From Candidatus Kuenenia stuttgartensis (GTDB lineage: Bacteria > Planctomycetota > Brocadiia > Brocadiales > Brocadiaceae), in contig NZ_LT934425.1 in NCBI RefSeq assembly GCF_900232105.1, forward strand, positions 210,001-242,000: a DNA stretch of 32,000 nucleotides. Direction: 5' to 3'. Of this stretch, positions 7,777-17,900 are shown piece by piece. Below the pieces are notes generated by a model, which was given only the letters and a program-made list of their open reading frames with translations, was not told where the DNA came from and searched no databases. Made by a program: the position numbers and the translations under genes. Within the stretch, counting starts at the first letter, position 1. Each line of letters starts with the position of its first letter.

Positions 7777-8523
7777 TTAGTCAAATAATAAATCTATAAG
7801 GGAGGGATTAGACCGCATAAAACGCTGAGTTCCTGATGCTGTTCTTTCTTTTATGCATTCATTCTCAGGGAATGTAAGCCAAAATATGCTCCCATTGTCA
7901 ACATTGCTTTCTACACCTACCATTCCTCCATGTAATTCAACCAGTCTGCGTGTAAGTGCAATCCCGATTCCGGCGCCGTTGGAATCTTTATCTTTTGTGC
8001 TGTTTGACCGGTAAAATGCCGAAAATATTTTGTCTTTTTCATCATCCTCAATCCCAATACCCGTATCTCTCACCTCTATTCGTATGGATGATTACCATTC
8101 TTTAGAGATAATAACATCAACGGTACCGTATTCAGGGGTATATTTGAGCGCGTTGGAAGGCAGATTATACATAATTTGTTTGCACTTCCTGATACGGGAA
8201 AAACGAATATCAAACAAGGAATTATGAATGTCGAAGGGCAAGAAAACTTCGTAATTCGAAATTCCTTGTTCTGCTGTACGATATTCTCTTTTCATCCTAC
8301 TAAAACGACGGGTTACAAAAAATCGGGAATGCTCCCGAAAACACTCGATTTCCCAGTTCTTTGCCTGGAAGCGGGAGCAAGGCATGAGCGGACGCTGTAA
8401 GGCGTCAGCTGCAGCCAGTTGTTCGGCCAGGTGCATCTGGATAGTAGCAGTGCGGCAAACTCCTGCCATGTCTCCCGTGGGACATGGAGAGCAAGACGAC
8501 GTCATAACTGCTAAGCCCCACAA
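7777..8523 (-). pseudogene. decayed sensor histidine kinase (HATPase_c split by an in-frame TAA; HisKA region degenerate)
   Basis: N-box KQIMYNLPSNALKYTPEYGTVDVIISKEW, then a TAA at 8092-8094, then in the same frame SSIRIEVRDTGIGIEDDEKDKIFSAFYRS...GAGIGIALTRRLVELHGG (G1/G2 boxes). The segment between the FDIHNSL region and the N-box is much too short, and no intact H-box is visible. Confidence 0.75.
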
Positions 8524-8877
8524 TAAATGAACCTGGAATTCTCAGATTAAGTGGAATTAATATATTGAGGTAAAACAGATTTTAGCAGATTGACAGCATC
8601 TGGGAAAGAGGAGTTGGAATCTACCATGACGATGTCGATGGTATTAAAGTTTTTTTTACAACGGAAACACTGGGTCGTTATGGCAATAGAAAAGTGTACC
8701 AGATGGCAAAGTAAAATATACTCAAGAAGTTCACAAAATGTGATTTCAGAAATGCTATAACTATTTATATCAACAAAAGTTAAATCTAATTTAGAAATCT
8801 CTATTTGTGAACCCTTACAGTATAGTACCACTCTGGACAAAAAAAATTTATTATCACAATATGATATTGTCGACTAC

Positions 8878-8938
8878 AGGCTTCTGTGATGCAACGGAAG
8901 GAACCCGTAGGGTGACTGGAGTTGCATCACAGAAGCCT
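8878..8938. repeat. perfect 18-bp-stem hairpin (aggcttctgtgatgcaac / gttgcatcacagaagcct, 25-nt loop)
   Basis: The arms are complementary. It lies 70 bp beyond the istB stop and may be part of the IS21 terminus. A 15-bp palindrome acaatatgatattgt sits at 8856-8870. Confidence 0.6.
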
Positions 8939-9008
8939 CAATTTTGCAATCTCCAATTCACCGATAAAACAAAAGATGTTTTTCCCTCTTACACCTCCTT
9001 CCCTTTTT

Positions 9009-9746
9009 TATTCTTCATACTCTGTTTAAATCGATAGCTTTCTCCATTGAACGTAAGAATATGGCTATGATGTGTTATTCCGGTCTAAAAGTGCCGACGT
9101 CATTGTGGGATCATTCATAAATTTCGTCCAATCAGCAAATTCCAGGTTGGAACTAATAATGGTCGCTCCATTTTCGTAGCGATCTGCAAAAAACTGAAAC
9201 AACAACTCTGATCCTTCTTTAGACAAGGGTAAATACCCTAATTCATCCAATATTACCAATTCGGCCTTGATGAGTCTTTTCTGTAGTCGAGACAATTGCT
9301 GCTCCGATCTGGCTTCCAACAACATATTCACCAGCTTCGCGGCAGTAAAAAACAATACGGTTTTTTTCTTCTTGCAAGCCTCAACTCCCAACGCTATCGA
9401 CAAGTGTGTCTTTCCCGTTCCTGTCTGACCTATAAAACAAATATTTTCTGATCTTTCTATATAACCACATTCACTCAGTCGAAATACCTCTTTGGCGTTT
9501 AAACCAGGAATCTCTTCAAATGCAAAATCAACAAGCGTTTTGATGAATGGAAAATTGTGCTTGTTTTATTAAATTCTTCACCCGATTCTGGTCCCGGTTT
9601 ACAATCTCCTCTTCGCTTAACGCTCTCAAATACTCTTCATACGGCTGGTTGTTTCGTGTCGCATACTCAGCAAATGATTTATGATGCTTCGAAAACATGG
9701 GAAGCTTTAATTGTTTTAAATTCAGTTCCAATATTGCATGATTCAT
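9009..9746 (-). pseudogene. istB: IS21-family IstB ATPase with two single-nucleotide frameshifts
   Basis: Walker A GQTGTGKTHLSIALG and Walker B LVILDELGY are present. The frame changes at the A4/T4 run 9551-9554 (..IKQAQF | PFIKTLVDFAFEE..) and at about 9076-9080 (..ALLDR | ITHHSHILTFNGESYRFKQSMKNKKGKEV*). The ATG at 9746 overlaps the istA stop as ATGA. Confidence 0.85.
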
Positions 9747-11276
9747 TCGCACTCCCTCCCCAATTGCATCAAAGAATTATAACGATTTAATGCTACATGA
9801 GGCACGTGCACATCGAGACGGGAGCTCTCAGACACATCCAGCCGCTCACTACGTACTACTATCCATCAACTTCTTGTTTTTTATGCTCGTTTTTCAAAAT
9901 GCATAACCGTAAGGCATTGATTAGATGAGGATTACGTAAAGTTTGGAGCATTGGGTTTTTTGTCATTTGAATTTGTTTCGTATTTCGATATTCGTATTTT
10001 GAATTTGGTTGCGGCCAAAGGCCGCGCCAAGGACTACTATGTCTTAATTGAATTAATACCTGTTTGACTCCTTCCACATCATACTGCTCATACGACATGG
10101 CCATTTCTATTGCAATTCCTAACTCTTCTACCGAATAGCTCCTCAATAATTCCAACACCTTTATACATTCCCTGGCAGTTCCATATCCCTTATGATATGC
10201 ACACTCAAAAAACTTCCTGAATATTGCCGGCAATTGACGAATCGGCTTGCTATTGATTGCAGTATACGGCTTCTCCGTATATACCGAAAGATAATGCAGT
10301 GGGTCGAATATTTGCCTGCCCTTCTGATCTGTCCTTTGATGGCGGGCAATCTCTTCTCCCTTGTAACTGGCTATTACCTCCTTTATCGTTATGACTATAT
10401 CCACTTGATGGTACGCATATCTGGTTGGCACAGAATAAAATGCTCCTTCCACTGATATCAGAGAATAGTGATTGGCTTTCGCGATCGCATGTATACCGAC
10501 ATCTATCTCCTTCAACGGCAATGCACGAAAACACCTTCTCTCTTCTTCGTAACGCTCACCAACAAGCTCCCCTGTCCCATATACCTTACGCTTTGCCCGA
10601 AGACTTTTACACCACTCAGATAATTCCCGATTACATTCTTCTAAATCACGTATCGTTGGCACTGGAGAAAAACAATTCCTCCTGACGTACCCTACCAGAC
10701 CCTCGACATCTCTCTTTTGCCACCCCTTGCCTCTTTCACAAAATTCTGCTTCAAACCCATATAGCTCACGAAATGTTCGAAAATGATCAGACTCCTCTCG
10801 TAACTTCCCCCTCAGGATCCGCTTCACCGCCTGGCTTAAATTGTCATACCGTACCTTTTGTGCTATACCATCAAAATATTCAAAGGCCAATTTGTGAGAA
10901 TAAAACAACGCTTCCTGTCGTTCACTCTCAGACACATATACAAAAATATCGTTTGAGTAGATTAATTGATAACAATGCAGACACAATTCTACCTCTTTAC
11001 CCTTGTAACACGCCTTTATATAACCAAAATCAAATTATATATACTCTCCTGGCGTAACTATTCCGCGAAAATAATTTAGAATTTACTTGACAGCAGAAAT
11101 GTTATAAACAAGCAATTTACCTGGTAGTGTATGTATATGTTTGTAAATGCGTTAAAAACAGGCAGCAAGATGCCGTGCATAGAGACGTGTGTGGGGTCTG
11201 TTCAGTGATAGAATTTCGAGCCTTTGTGGTGTGTTATAGAGCGAAAGAAAAGGGTGAAAAAACCTGTGGTATAATA
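9743..11276 (-). pseudogene. istA: IS21-family IstA transposase remnant (in-frame stops, internal repeat insertion, 5' end cut by IS630)
   Basis: DDE region ..FDFGYIKACYKGKEVELCLHCYQLIYSNDIFVYV..FEYFDGIAQKVRYDNLSQAV.. is present. In-frame TAA codons lie at 11035-11037 (PGEYI*FDFG) and 11083-11085. The true C-terminus LDVHVPHVALNRYNSLMQLGRECE* is in a different frame at 9743-9850, separated by the 156-bp repeat 9853-10008. The upstream part ends at the IS630 terminus, 11277. Confidence 0.8.
9853..10008. repeat. about 155-bp dispersed repeat, copy A (inserted in the 3' part of istA)
   Basis: By my hand alignment it is about 88 % identical to 28687-28840 (gtactactatccatcaacttcttg...aatgcataaccgtaaggcatt...gaatttgtttcg...). 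Confidence 0.75.
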
Positions 11277-11415
11277 TAGTCAAACAAATCAGATTTTCGA
11301 AATTTGCTCGCCAATAATTTGAAAATTTTCAGTTAAAAGAGTAGACAATTCATCTGTATACTCGTTAATATTTTTGAAAAAACTTAAACATTTGTTTTTA
11401 AACTTCTCATAAGTA

Positions 11416-13298
11416 GTGTCTGAACGAAAACTATCTTTTTTATGCAAGATTCTTTCTCTGAGCAAATTTAAATTTTTTTAAATTGCCCCTTTTTCAACTT
11501 TTTCTTCTACGCTTTAATCTATGATACGGTTGTTTTATTCATTTCCCTCGTTTTTACCATCTTTTCATGTTCTCCGGACATACTATCCCTCATGGATTTT
11601 TATTCGAGAGTGTTTTTACGCTGCCTTACGTACTGTTTCTTTTTCTTCCCGGACTTTCTTCTGCAATATACTCCCCATCGTGTGCAAATTTGCCGCCAGC
11701 ACTCCTAATGCGCAGTATCTTTTAAATCCTTCTATCCCTTTGTCTAAGCATCTGTCCAGCCCATGATGTTCTAACCGGTTAATATCTGACTCCACCGCTG
11801 AGTGCTTGTGCCTGAGTTTTTTAAATGTACTCTCCGATTCTTCTTCTGTCTCCGCCTTATTCCTTTTTCCTTTCTTCGGTATGATCACTTTCGGTATATA
11901 AAGACTTATCAGTTCCTTGTATTCCTTCTTGTAAAAACCCTTGTCTGCACTTATACTTTCTATCTCTTCTTCACCAAACAAATTTAATAGCTTGTCTGCT
12001 AACGGCAGAATTAACGCCACATCTGCTTCTTTTTCCACTACTTGGTGATATCCGATAAACCCCCATTGGTCACTTGCTATCACCAGATTGTGGCCTAATT
12101 CCACCCTCTTATTCGCCTTCCCTTTACTCAACCATTCTGTGTGTGGTTCAAACAGTGAATATACCTTTTCCCCTACCGGTATTTGCTCTTCCTTGATAAT
12201 TCTCCTCTCTACCAAATCTCTGTGCTTCTCCAGCATCTGATAAAAATATTCCATCGACTCCAATGCCTCTTTCTGCATTTCTTCCGCACCCATTGTTAAT
12301 ATTTTTTCGTACACCGCTATTATGCTCGCACCTATCTTCTCACTTAATCTCTTTGCTAATCCAAGATACTCTTTTACTTGCTTCTTAACCGCCTCCTCTT
12401 TCTTGTTTCCACCACCACTTGCCGCTTTCGAACTACTCCTCATCAGACTCTTTAGCTCTTTCCTCCAATTCTTTACCTTTCTCCATCCTTTCCCGTTCAA
12501 TACCCCTCCCTCTATAAATGCCTCTATCCCATCAAGGCACTTCCTACCCGCATCCCACAGCAAATTCATGTCCGTAGGAAAATGTACGTTTGTCTCCACC
12601 ACATACGTATCCGTCTTTATGCGGAGCTTCTCCTCCCGTCCGTTCTTTGCCAGCCTCTGGCCTGCCTTTACCACCACATCATTAATCTTCCCCAACGTCT
12701 CCTCATCGAGCAATCTTACGTTATCCTTGATGCTTTGCAGCGAATACTTCTTACCCCTCCCAAATACGGTATCTACTCCCATTATCTGACGAATCAGACT
12801 ATGGTGATTCACCATATCTTCCAACCTGTCATAATCCGCATCTAATCCCAATCTCACCACTCCTATTACCATTATCTGCCATAACTCCATACCATTACGC
12901 CCTGTCTCTTTCTTCCCACCCTTTACCTTTGCTTCCAATACCCTGAATACTTCCTCTCGTAATTCCTCTGTAACAAATATGTATTGTAATGCCCTCAAAA
13001 TCGGCGCTAACTCATCCCTGCTCTTTTCGGGAATTTCTACCTCTGATATTGGTGTGCTTCCAAGTCTCCTTTGCGGCTCGAATCTTTTTCTCATGGCGTG
13101 GCAGTTCTCCTTTTGATGACTCTGTTTTTCTGATGTTTTGGGCGAATGTTTGTCTCTTTTCACCCCTTGGTACCCTCGCTTCCCTTATTCTACGCCCTAA
13201 GTTTAACATCTACTCACTATACTTTCAACCCTTCATGCAGATACTTTCAACCTCCTTTACCACGTATTTCAAGGCTTACAGCGTTTTCGTTCAGACAC
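11416..13298 (-). mobile_element. 1883-bp IS with 16-bp perfect terminal IRs and a 6-bp target duplication (ISNCY/ISDol1-like or IS5-like)
   Basis: gtgtctgaacgaaaac at 11416-11431 is the reverse complement of 13283-13298. TAAGTA is duplicated at 11410-11415 and 13299-13304. The element is inserted inside the IS630 transposase gene. Confidence 0.85.
11616..13163 (-). CDS. DDE transposase (IS4/IS5-type DDE_Tnp_1 fold), apparently intact
   Basis: 515-aa ORF with TDTYVVETNVHFPTDMNLLWD, SADKGFYKKE and HSAVESDINRLEHHGLDRCLDKGIEGFKRYCALGVLAANL. An alternative start at 13094 (MRKRFEPQ) has AAGGAG upstream. Confidence 0.75.
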   Translation of the reverse strand: MKRDKHSPKTSEKQSHQKENCHAMRKRFEPQRRLGSTPISEVEIPEKSRDELAPILRALQYIFVTEELREEVFRVLEAKVKGGKKETGRNGMELWQIMVIGVVRLGLDADYDRLEDMVNHHSLIRQIMGVDTVFGRGKKYSLQSIKDNVRLLDEETLGKINDVVVKAGQRLAKNGREEKLRIKTDTYVVETNVHFPTDMNLLWDAGRKCLDGIEAFIEGGVLNGKGWRKVKNWRKELKSLMRSSSKAASGGGNKKEEAVKKQVKEYLGLAKRLSEKIGASIIAVYEKILTMGAEEMQKEALESMEYFYQMLEKHRDLVERRIIKEEQIPVGEKVYSLFEPHTEWLSKGKANKRVELGHNLVIASDQWGFIGYHQVVEKEADVALILPLADKLLNLFGEEEIESISADKGFYKKEYKELISLYIPKVIIPKKGKRNKAETEEESESTFKKLRHKHSAVESDINRLEHHGLDRCLDKGIEGFKRYCALGVLAANLHTMGSILQKKVREEKETVRKAA

Positions 13299-13718
13299 TA
13301 AGTATCATAATACTTGTTATACAATATTTTTTTGCGAAAGAATTTCCATAATCTTTCAATGAGATTTAAATTGGGTGAATAGGAAGGGAGAAATTTGATC
13401 TTTATTCTCGAATTTGCAAGGTATTCTTTGACCAACTTAGACCTGTAATATTTAGCATTATCAGAGATTATGTAAATAGTACCGGCTTGAGCATACCTTG
13501 ACTCTATTTCATGGAAAAGCTTTATTGTTGATTGAGCATTGATGCTTTCATCTTCCCGGATTGTTACTTCAAAGGTTTCTATGTCAATAGCACCGTTTAA
13601 ATTTATTCTTTTCCTGCCGGTATTAGAGGGTATTTCCTTCTTTTTGCCTTTCTCTATCCAGCAATATGCAGACGTAGAATTGTGCTGTGGATGAACTCCA
13701 TCCATAAAAAGTATCTTA

Positions 13719-13906
13719 TAGCCAAACAAATATGATTTTAGAGATTTGGCGATAAAATGGCTTTCTAAAAAACAGATTTATTTGACTAGGCATATTATCA
13801 AACACACCCCTAAATCCCCTCTTGATAGAGGGGACTTCTTATCTCCCCCCTAAAAAGAGGGGCCGGGGGTGTGTAAATTTTTCGAAAACCTTATTTGTTT
13901 GACTAT
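13719..13906. mobile_element. 188-bp MITE with IS630-type termini, TA target duplication, inserted in the IS630 transposase gene
   Basis: The termini tagccaaacaaatatgatttt and aaaaccttatttgtttgacta are inverted repeats that match the IS630 end at 11277. TA lies at 13717-13718 and 13907-13908. Removing the MITE restores ..KAPGDKILFMDGVH.. in frame. It carries a G/C-rich palindromic module at 13803-13875. Confidence 0.85.
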
Positions 13907-14561
13907 ATCTCCAGGGGCTTTCTCTTCTTTGAGTTGTTTGTAGTTTTCGATAAATTCTTTTTGTTTTTCAGGGTTTGCTTTGCCTGGAACTATTGTGGTT
14001 TTCTTGTAAGTAAAGCCTAATCTATCGAGGGTATGTACCATTCCTTCGGGTGTATAGGTCTTATTGAATGTCTGTTTTACATATTCAACAATTTCTTTTG
14101 CCGCGCTATAGTTGTTTTTCCTGATATGATCTTTTAATTGTTCTTCTTGTTCGCAAGTGAGTTTTGGCATACAGCCAACATAATTGTCAGATAAAAGCCC
14201 GTCGAAACCTTTATCTTTGTATAGTTTTTCGTAATTCCTGATTGTTTGATCGTCTAACAAGAGCGCTTCTGCTACTTCTTCATAACTCCATCCTGAATCA
14301 AGAAGAAGTATAGCTTTGATTCGGTCGGCATGACGTCTATGAGGCTCTTTCTTATGTGCTTTTTTAAATTCTATTCGGGTTTTTTCACTGAGAAATGGAT
14401 TCATGCAGAATTTAATACTCTAGAAACAATTCAAATGCAAGAAAAAAACAGATTTTTATAAAAATAAATGCTTTTTACTATATTTTTCGATTTTCTTTTT
14501 CCAACGTTTTTATTTGCTCAGCAAACTCTTTTTTCCCTTTGAGTTCTTTTTTATACTTTTC

Positions 14562-14834
14562 CATTACTTTGTTAAAAATCAACTTAGCTCACGACAAAGT
14601 CTTTGGCTTGTTGCATGGACTTTCACCTATTGGATCAAACAAAATGCTTATCTTACGAAAATCCTAGAAACGAAGCCTACTACCTTCAACGAAATCAAAC
14701 AGGCGGCCATTCCTTACTCGGATTTGCCTCTACCAACGCCTTATCAAAGAACGAAAAACTCGCCAATGACTATTTTAAATTTAAATCCAAACACTTAAAA
14801 AGAAATTGGTCACTTAATTTTTAACAAAGTAATG
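14562..14834. repeat. 273-bp segment bounded by perfect 18-bp inverted repeats (MITE-like or IS-end remnant)
   Basis: cattactttgttaaaaat at 14562-14579 is the reverse complement of 14817-14834. No convincing coding content lies inside. Confidence 0.6.
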
Positions 14835-14928
14835 TACGACATGTCTATACCAACAAACTATTTTACTTTTTTCAACACTTCAACCCTAAACAGAAACTTC
14901 TATTTTGTACACACCTCAAAACAGTACT

Positions 14929-17900
14929 TCAGCGGCAGGGTACAAAGCGTACCATGGTTTTCTTGTCTCTGATAACTTCTCCAAGAAGAGTAATGGTGCG
15001 GTCAATTTCTTCCATCATATTACCAAATCCCAGTGAGAAACGCAGTGCACAATGCGCCTCTTCTTCTGTAAGTCCCATTGCCAGCAAAGCGTGTGAAGGT
15101 TTAGGTGATCCGGCACGGCATGCAGAACCTGAAGAAAGGCTTATACCTTTCTGGTCCAGAGCAAGAACCACCGACTCTCCACGTATACCAGGCAAAGTCA
15201 TGTTTAAAGTATTTGGTAATAGTGCCTCTGGATTTCCGTTCATTTTTGCCTCGGCCATTAACTCTCGTATGCCTGCTTCCAACCTGTCTCGCATCCTCTT
15301 GATTCTATCCATTTCATGAATGCGCCGTACAGCCAGTTCTGCGGCTTTACCGAGCCCCACAATTCCTAACACATTTTCTGTCCCTGCACGCATTCCACTC
15401 TCCTGTTTACCTCCATTCACTAAGGGTTCCAGAACAATTCCTTTACTAATATACAAAGCACCAACACCCTTCGGACCGTATAATTTATGCCCTGACATTG
15501 TAAGCAAATCCACGCCAAGAGCTTCCACATCTATTGGGATCTTACCAACCGCCTGCACACAATCAGAATGAAATAGAACGTTGCGTTCCTTCGCTATACG
15601 GACCAGAGCTGCTATAGGATTAATAGAACCTGTCTCATTGTTCGCCATCATCACACTTATCAGGCATGTTTTTTCTGTGATTGCTGATTTCAAATCTTCC
15701 GGATTAAGCTTCCCGGTTTTATCAATTTTAAGGTATGTTACCATAAATCCATGTCTTTCAAGCCACTCGCATGTATTGATAACTGAAGGATGCTCTATGG
15801 TGGTTGTAATAATATGGTTTTTAGAATTCCAGTTTGCAAAGGCCACACCCTTTACAGCAAGGTTATTGGCCTCGGAACCACCACCGGTAAATATTATACG
15901 CCTTGCAGTACAATTGAGCAGCTGAGCCACACTCCGACGTGCCGCCTCAACTGCAAACCGAGCATCTTTTCCCTCGGTATAGATGCTCGAAGGATTTCCG
16001 TGACCATTCTCTATAAACTGCAGCATTATTTTCTTTACTTCAGGGTCAAGGGGAGTGGTGGCATTGTGGTCAAGATATATACGCTTCTCAATGTGCCGAG
16101 GCTTTACACTGGATTCTACCATGCCAGCAGTATCACAGTATTCACCGGAATCTACTTCAACTATTTTCTCTCTTTCTGTTGCCTTGGCCACGTCACACAG
16201 AAGGGTTTTATATACAGGGAAGCCTGAGATTGGATCATATCGCTGGAGATCTGTTAATTCATTTACATTGCAGTTCTGCCACTTCTCCGGTCCAACCGGT
16301 CCTCCACCACCCATATTGGCATCAATGGCGCCCTGAACAATATCATCAGTAACCAGCGCACACATCGTAACTGTACCGCGCTTTGTCATAATATTTACCA
16401 GATCTCCACTCTTAATGTTACGGGCTTCCGCATCCAGGGTATTAATCGTTACAGTCGGTTCGGGTCTTTCTTTCAGTAATCCGGATATACCATGATGCTG
16501 AGAACGGAAATCCGTGGTTACTCGCGACCCCGAATTGAAAACAAGTGGAAATTCCTCTGCAAGATCAGGCTGTGAATGAGGGCCTTCTCCCGGTTCTGTG
16601 TAGATGGGTAAAGGATCATAACCGTGCTCCTCAAGTATAGTTGAAGCTATTTCAAATTTTCCTGTTGGGGTATCAAATCCGGGCTTACCATCAGTGCGCA
16701 ATAATCCCTTTTCCCATTTCTTATACTGCATCATTACTGTAGGCGTCTGCACCGTTCCTTTTGCATGCTGAACATCTTCCAGTGCGAATCCTGAACCCTT
16801 TAATACATGCCTAAGGAGCTCTTCCTCATTCTTCGGATAAAGGTGTCCATATCCAAGTCTCCTTGCCAGTTCCGACAGGATAAAGAAATCATTGCGAGCT
16901 TCTCCAACAGGCTCAATAACCTTCTCTCTGATTCGAAAGATTGGACCATATGTCATGTATGATTCAATTTCATACATGGTAGTTGCCGGAAGGACAATAT
17001 CTGCATAAGCGGCATCTGCCGTTAATTGGCGATCGACAGATACAAGAAAATCAAGTTTATTCAATGTCTTACGCCAGACAGCAGGTTGAGGCCAGGCGGT
17101 AATGATTGACCCTCCAAGAATGATGAGAGATCGGATACGATAGGGTCTTCCCTCAAGTACAGATTCCGGTAACGCAATTGCATGAGATTCACCACGGTAT
17201 GCACTGTAAACAGGAAAGCGTTCTCTGCCCAATGCTTTTCGTACATCAGGATTGGCAATGCGATCTTCACGATTGATAGGGAAATTGTTCTGGTGCATGG
17301 TAAAACAACGCCCACCTGGCACATCAAGCTGTCCTGCAAGCGCCCAGAGAACCATTGTTGCGCGTATTGCCTGAACGCCACTGTCACTATACTCAAGTCC
17401 GCTATACATGATGGGTGAAGCGCCGTTTGCCTCTGCAATTCTCCTGGCAAGAGATTTAATTGTCTCTGCCGGCACACCCGTAATGCTTTCTACGGCATCC
17501 GGCCCGAAGTGTTGAACATATCTGGCAAGGTCATCAAAACCAACTGACCAATTTTTTACAAAGTCCTCGTCATATAATTCCTCTTCTATGATAACATTGC
17601 ACATACCAAGAGCAAGGGCTCCATCAGTACCAGGGCGTATTGGAATCCACTCCGCATCGGTAAGCTTTGCTGTCATGGTTCTTCGTGGATCAATTACGAC
17701 AATCTGCGCACCTTGCTTCTGTGCATTAACAATTCTATTAAGATCAAACGGCGGACAATCGGTAGCAGGATTTGTCCCCCAGACTACTATCATCTGGGCA
17801 TTTTCAAGATCCGAAAACATATTAATCAGCATCCCCCCCATAGTAGTATGAGGAGCAATCATAGCAAATGAAACGTAACAGAGAGCCCCCACACCAAGAG

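Larger units (their letters stand above)
11289..14404 (-). pseudogene. IS630 (Tc1/mariner-like DDE_3) transposase split into three pieces
   Basis: Piece 1, 13909-14404: HTH domains ending ..EEKAPGD. Piece 2, 13305-13716: KILFMDGVHPQHN..IISDNAKYYRS..LPSYSPNLNLIERLWKF..NKYYDT. Piece 3, 11289-11409: YEKFKNKCLSFFKNINEYTDELSTLLTENFQIIGEQISKI*. Joining them after removing the insertions restores one frame of about 344 aa. Confidence 0.8.
11277..14480 (-). mobile_element. IS630-family element (native length about 1120 bp) carrying two later insertions
   Basis: The terminus tagtcaaacaaatcagattttcg at 11277 is flanked by TA. A diverged opposite terminus ...ctttttacta ends at 14480 and is followed by TA. 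Subtracting the two insertions and their duplications leaves 1120 bp. The transposase reads through once the insertions are removed. Confidence 0.75.

Noticed and set aside
8547-8840. 97-aa ORF upstream of the kinase remnant, with a faint receiver-domain flavour (..IDIVMVDSNSSFPDAVNLLKSV..)
   Set aside because: The similarity is too weak to call by eye. There is no phospho-acceptor context or RBS. At most it is another decayed fragment.
9551-9554. Programmed ribosomal frameshifting in istB (or in the split IS630 and IS1182 transposases)
   Set aside because: IS21 IstB is not known to use frameshifting. A second, unrelated frameshift and in-frame stops in istA indicate decay. The IS630 and IS1182 splits are fully explained by insertions with target duplications.
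14514-14824. 94-aa and 73-aa plus-strand ORFs inside the 18-bp-IR element
   Set aside because: They have no RBS, a low-complexity and AT-rich composition, and no recognisable motifs. They lie in what is probably IS or MITE debris.
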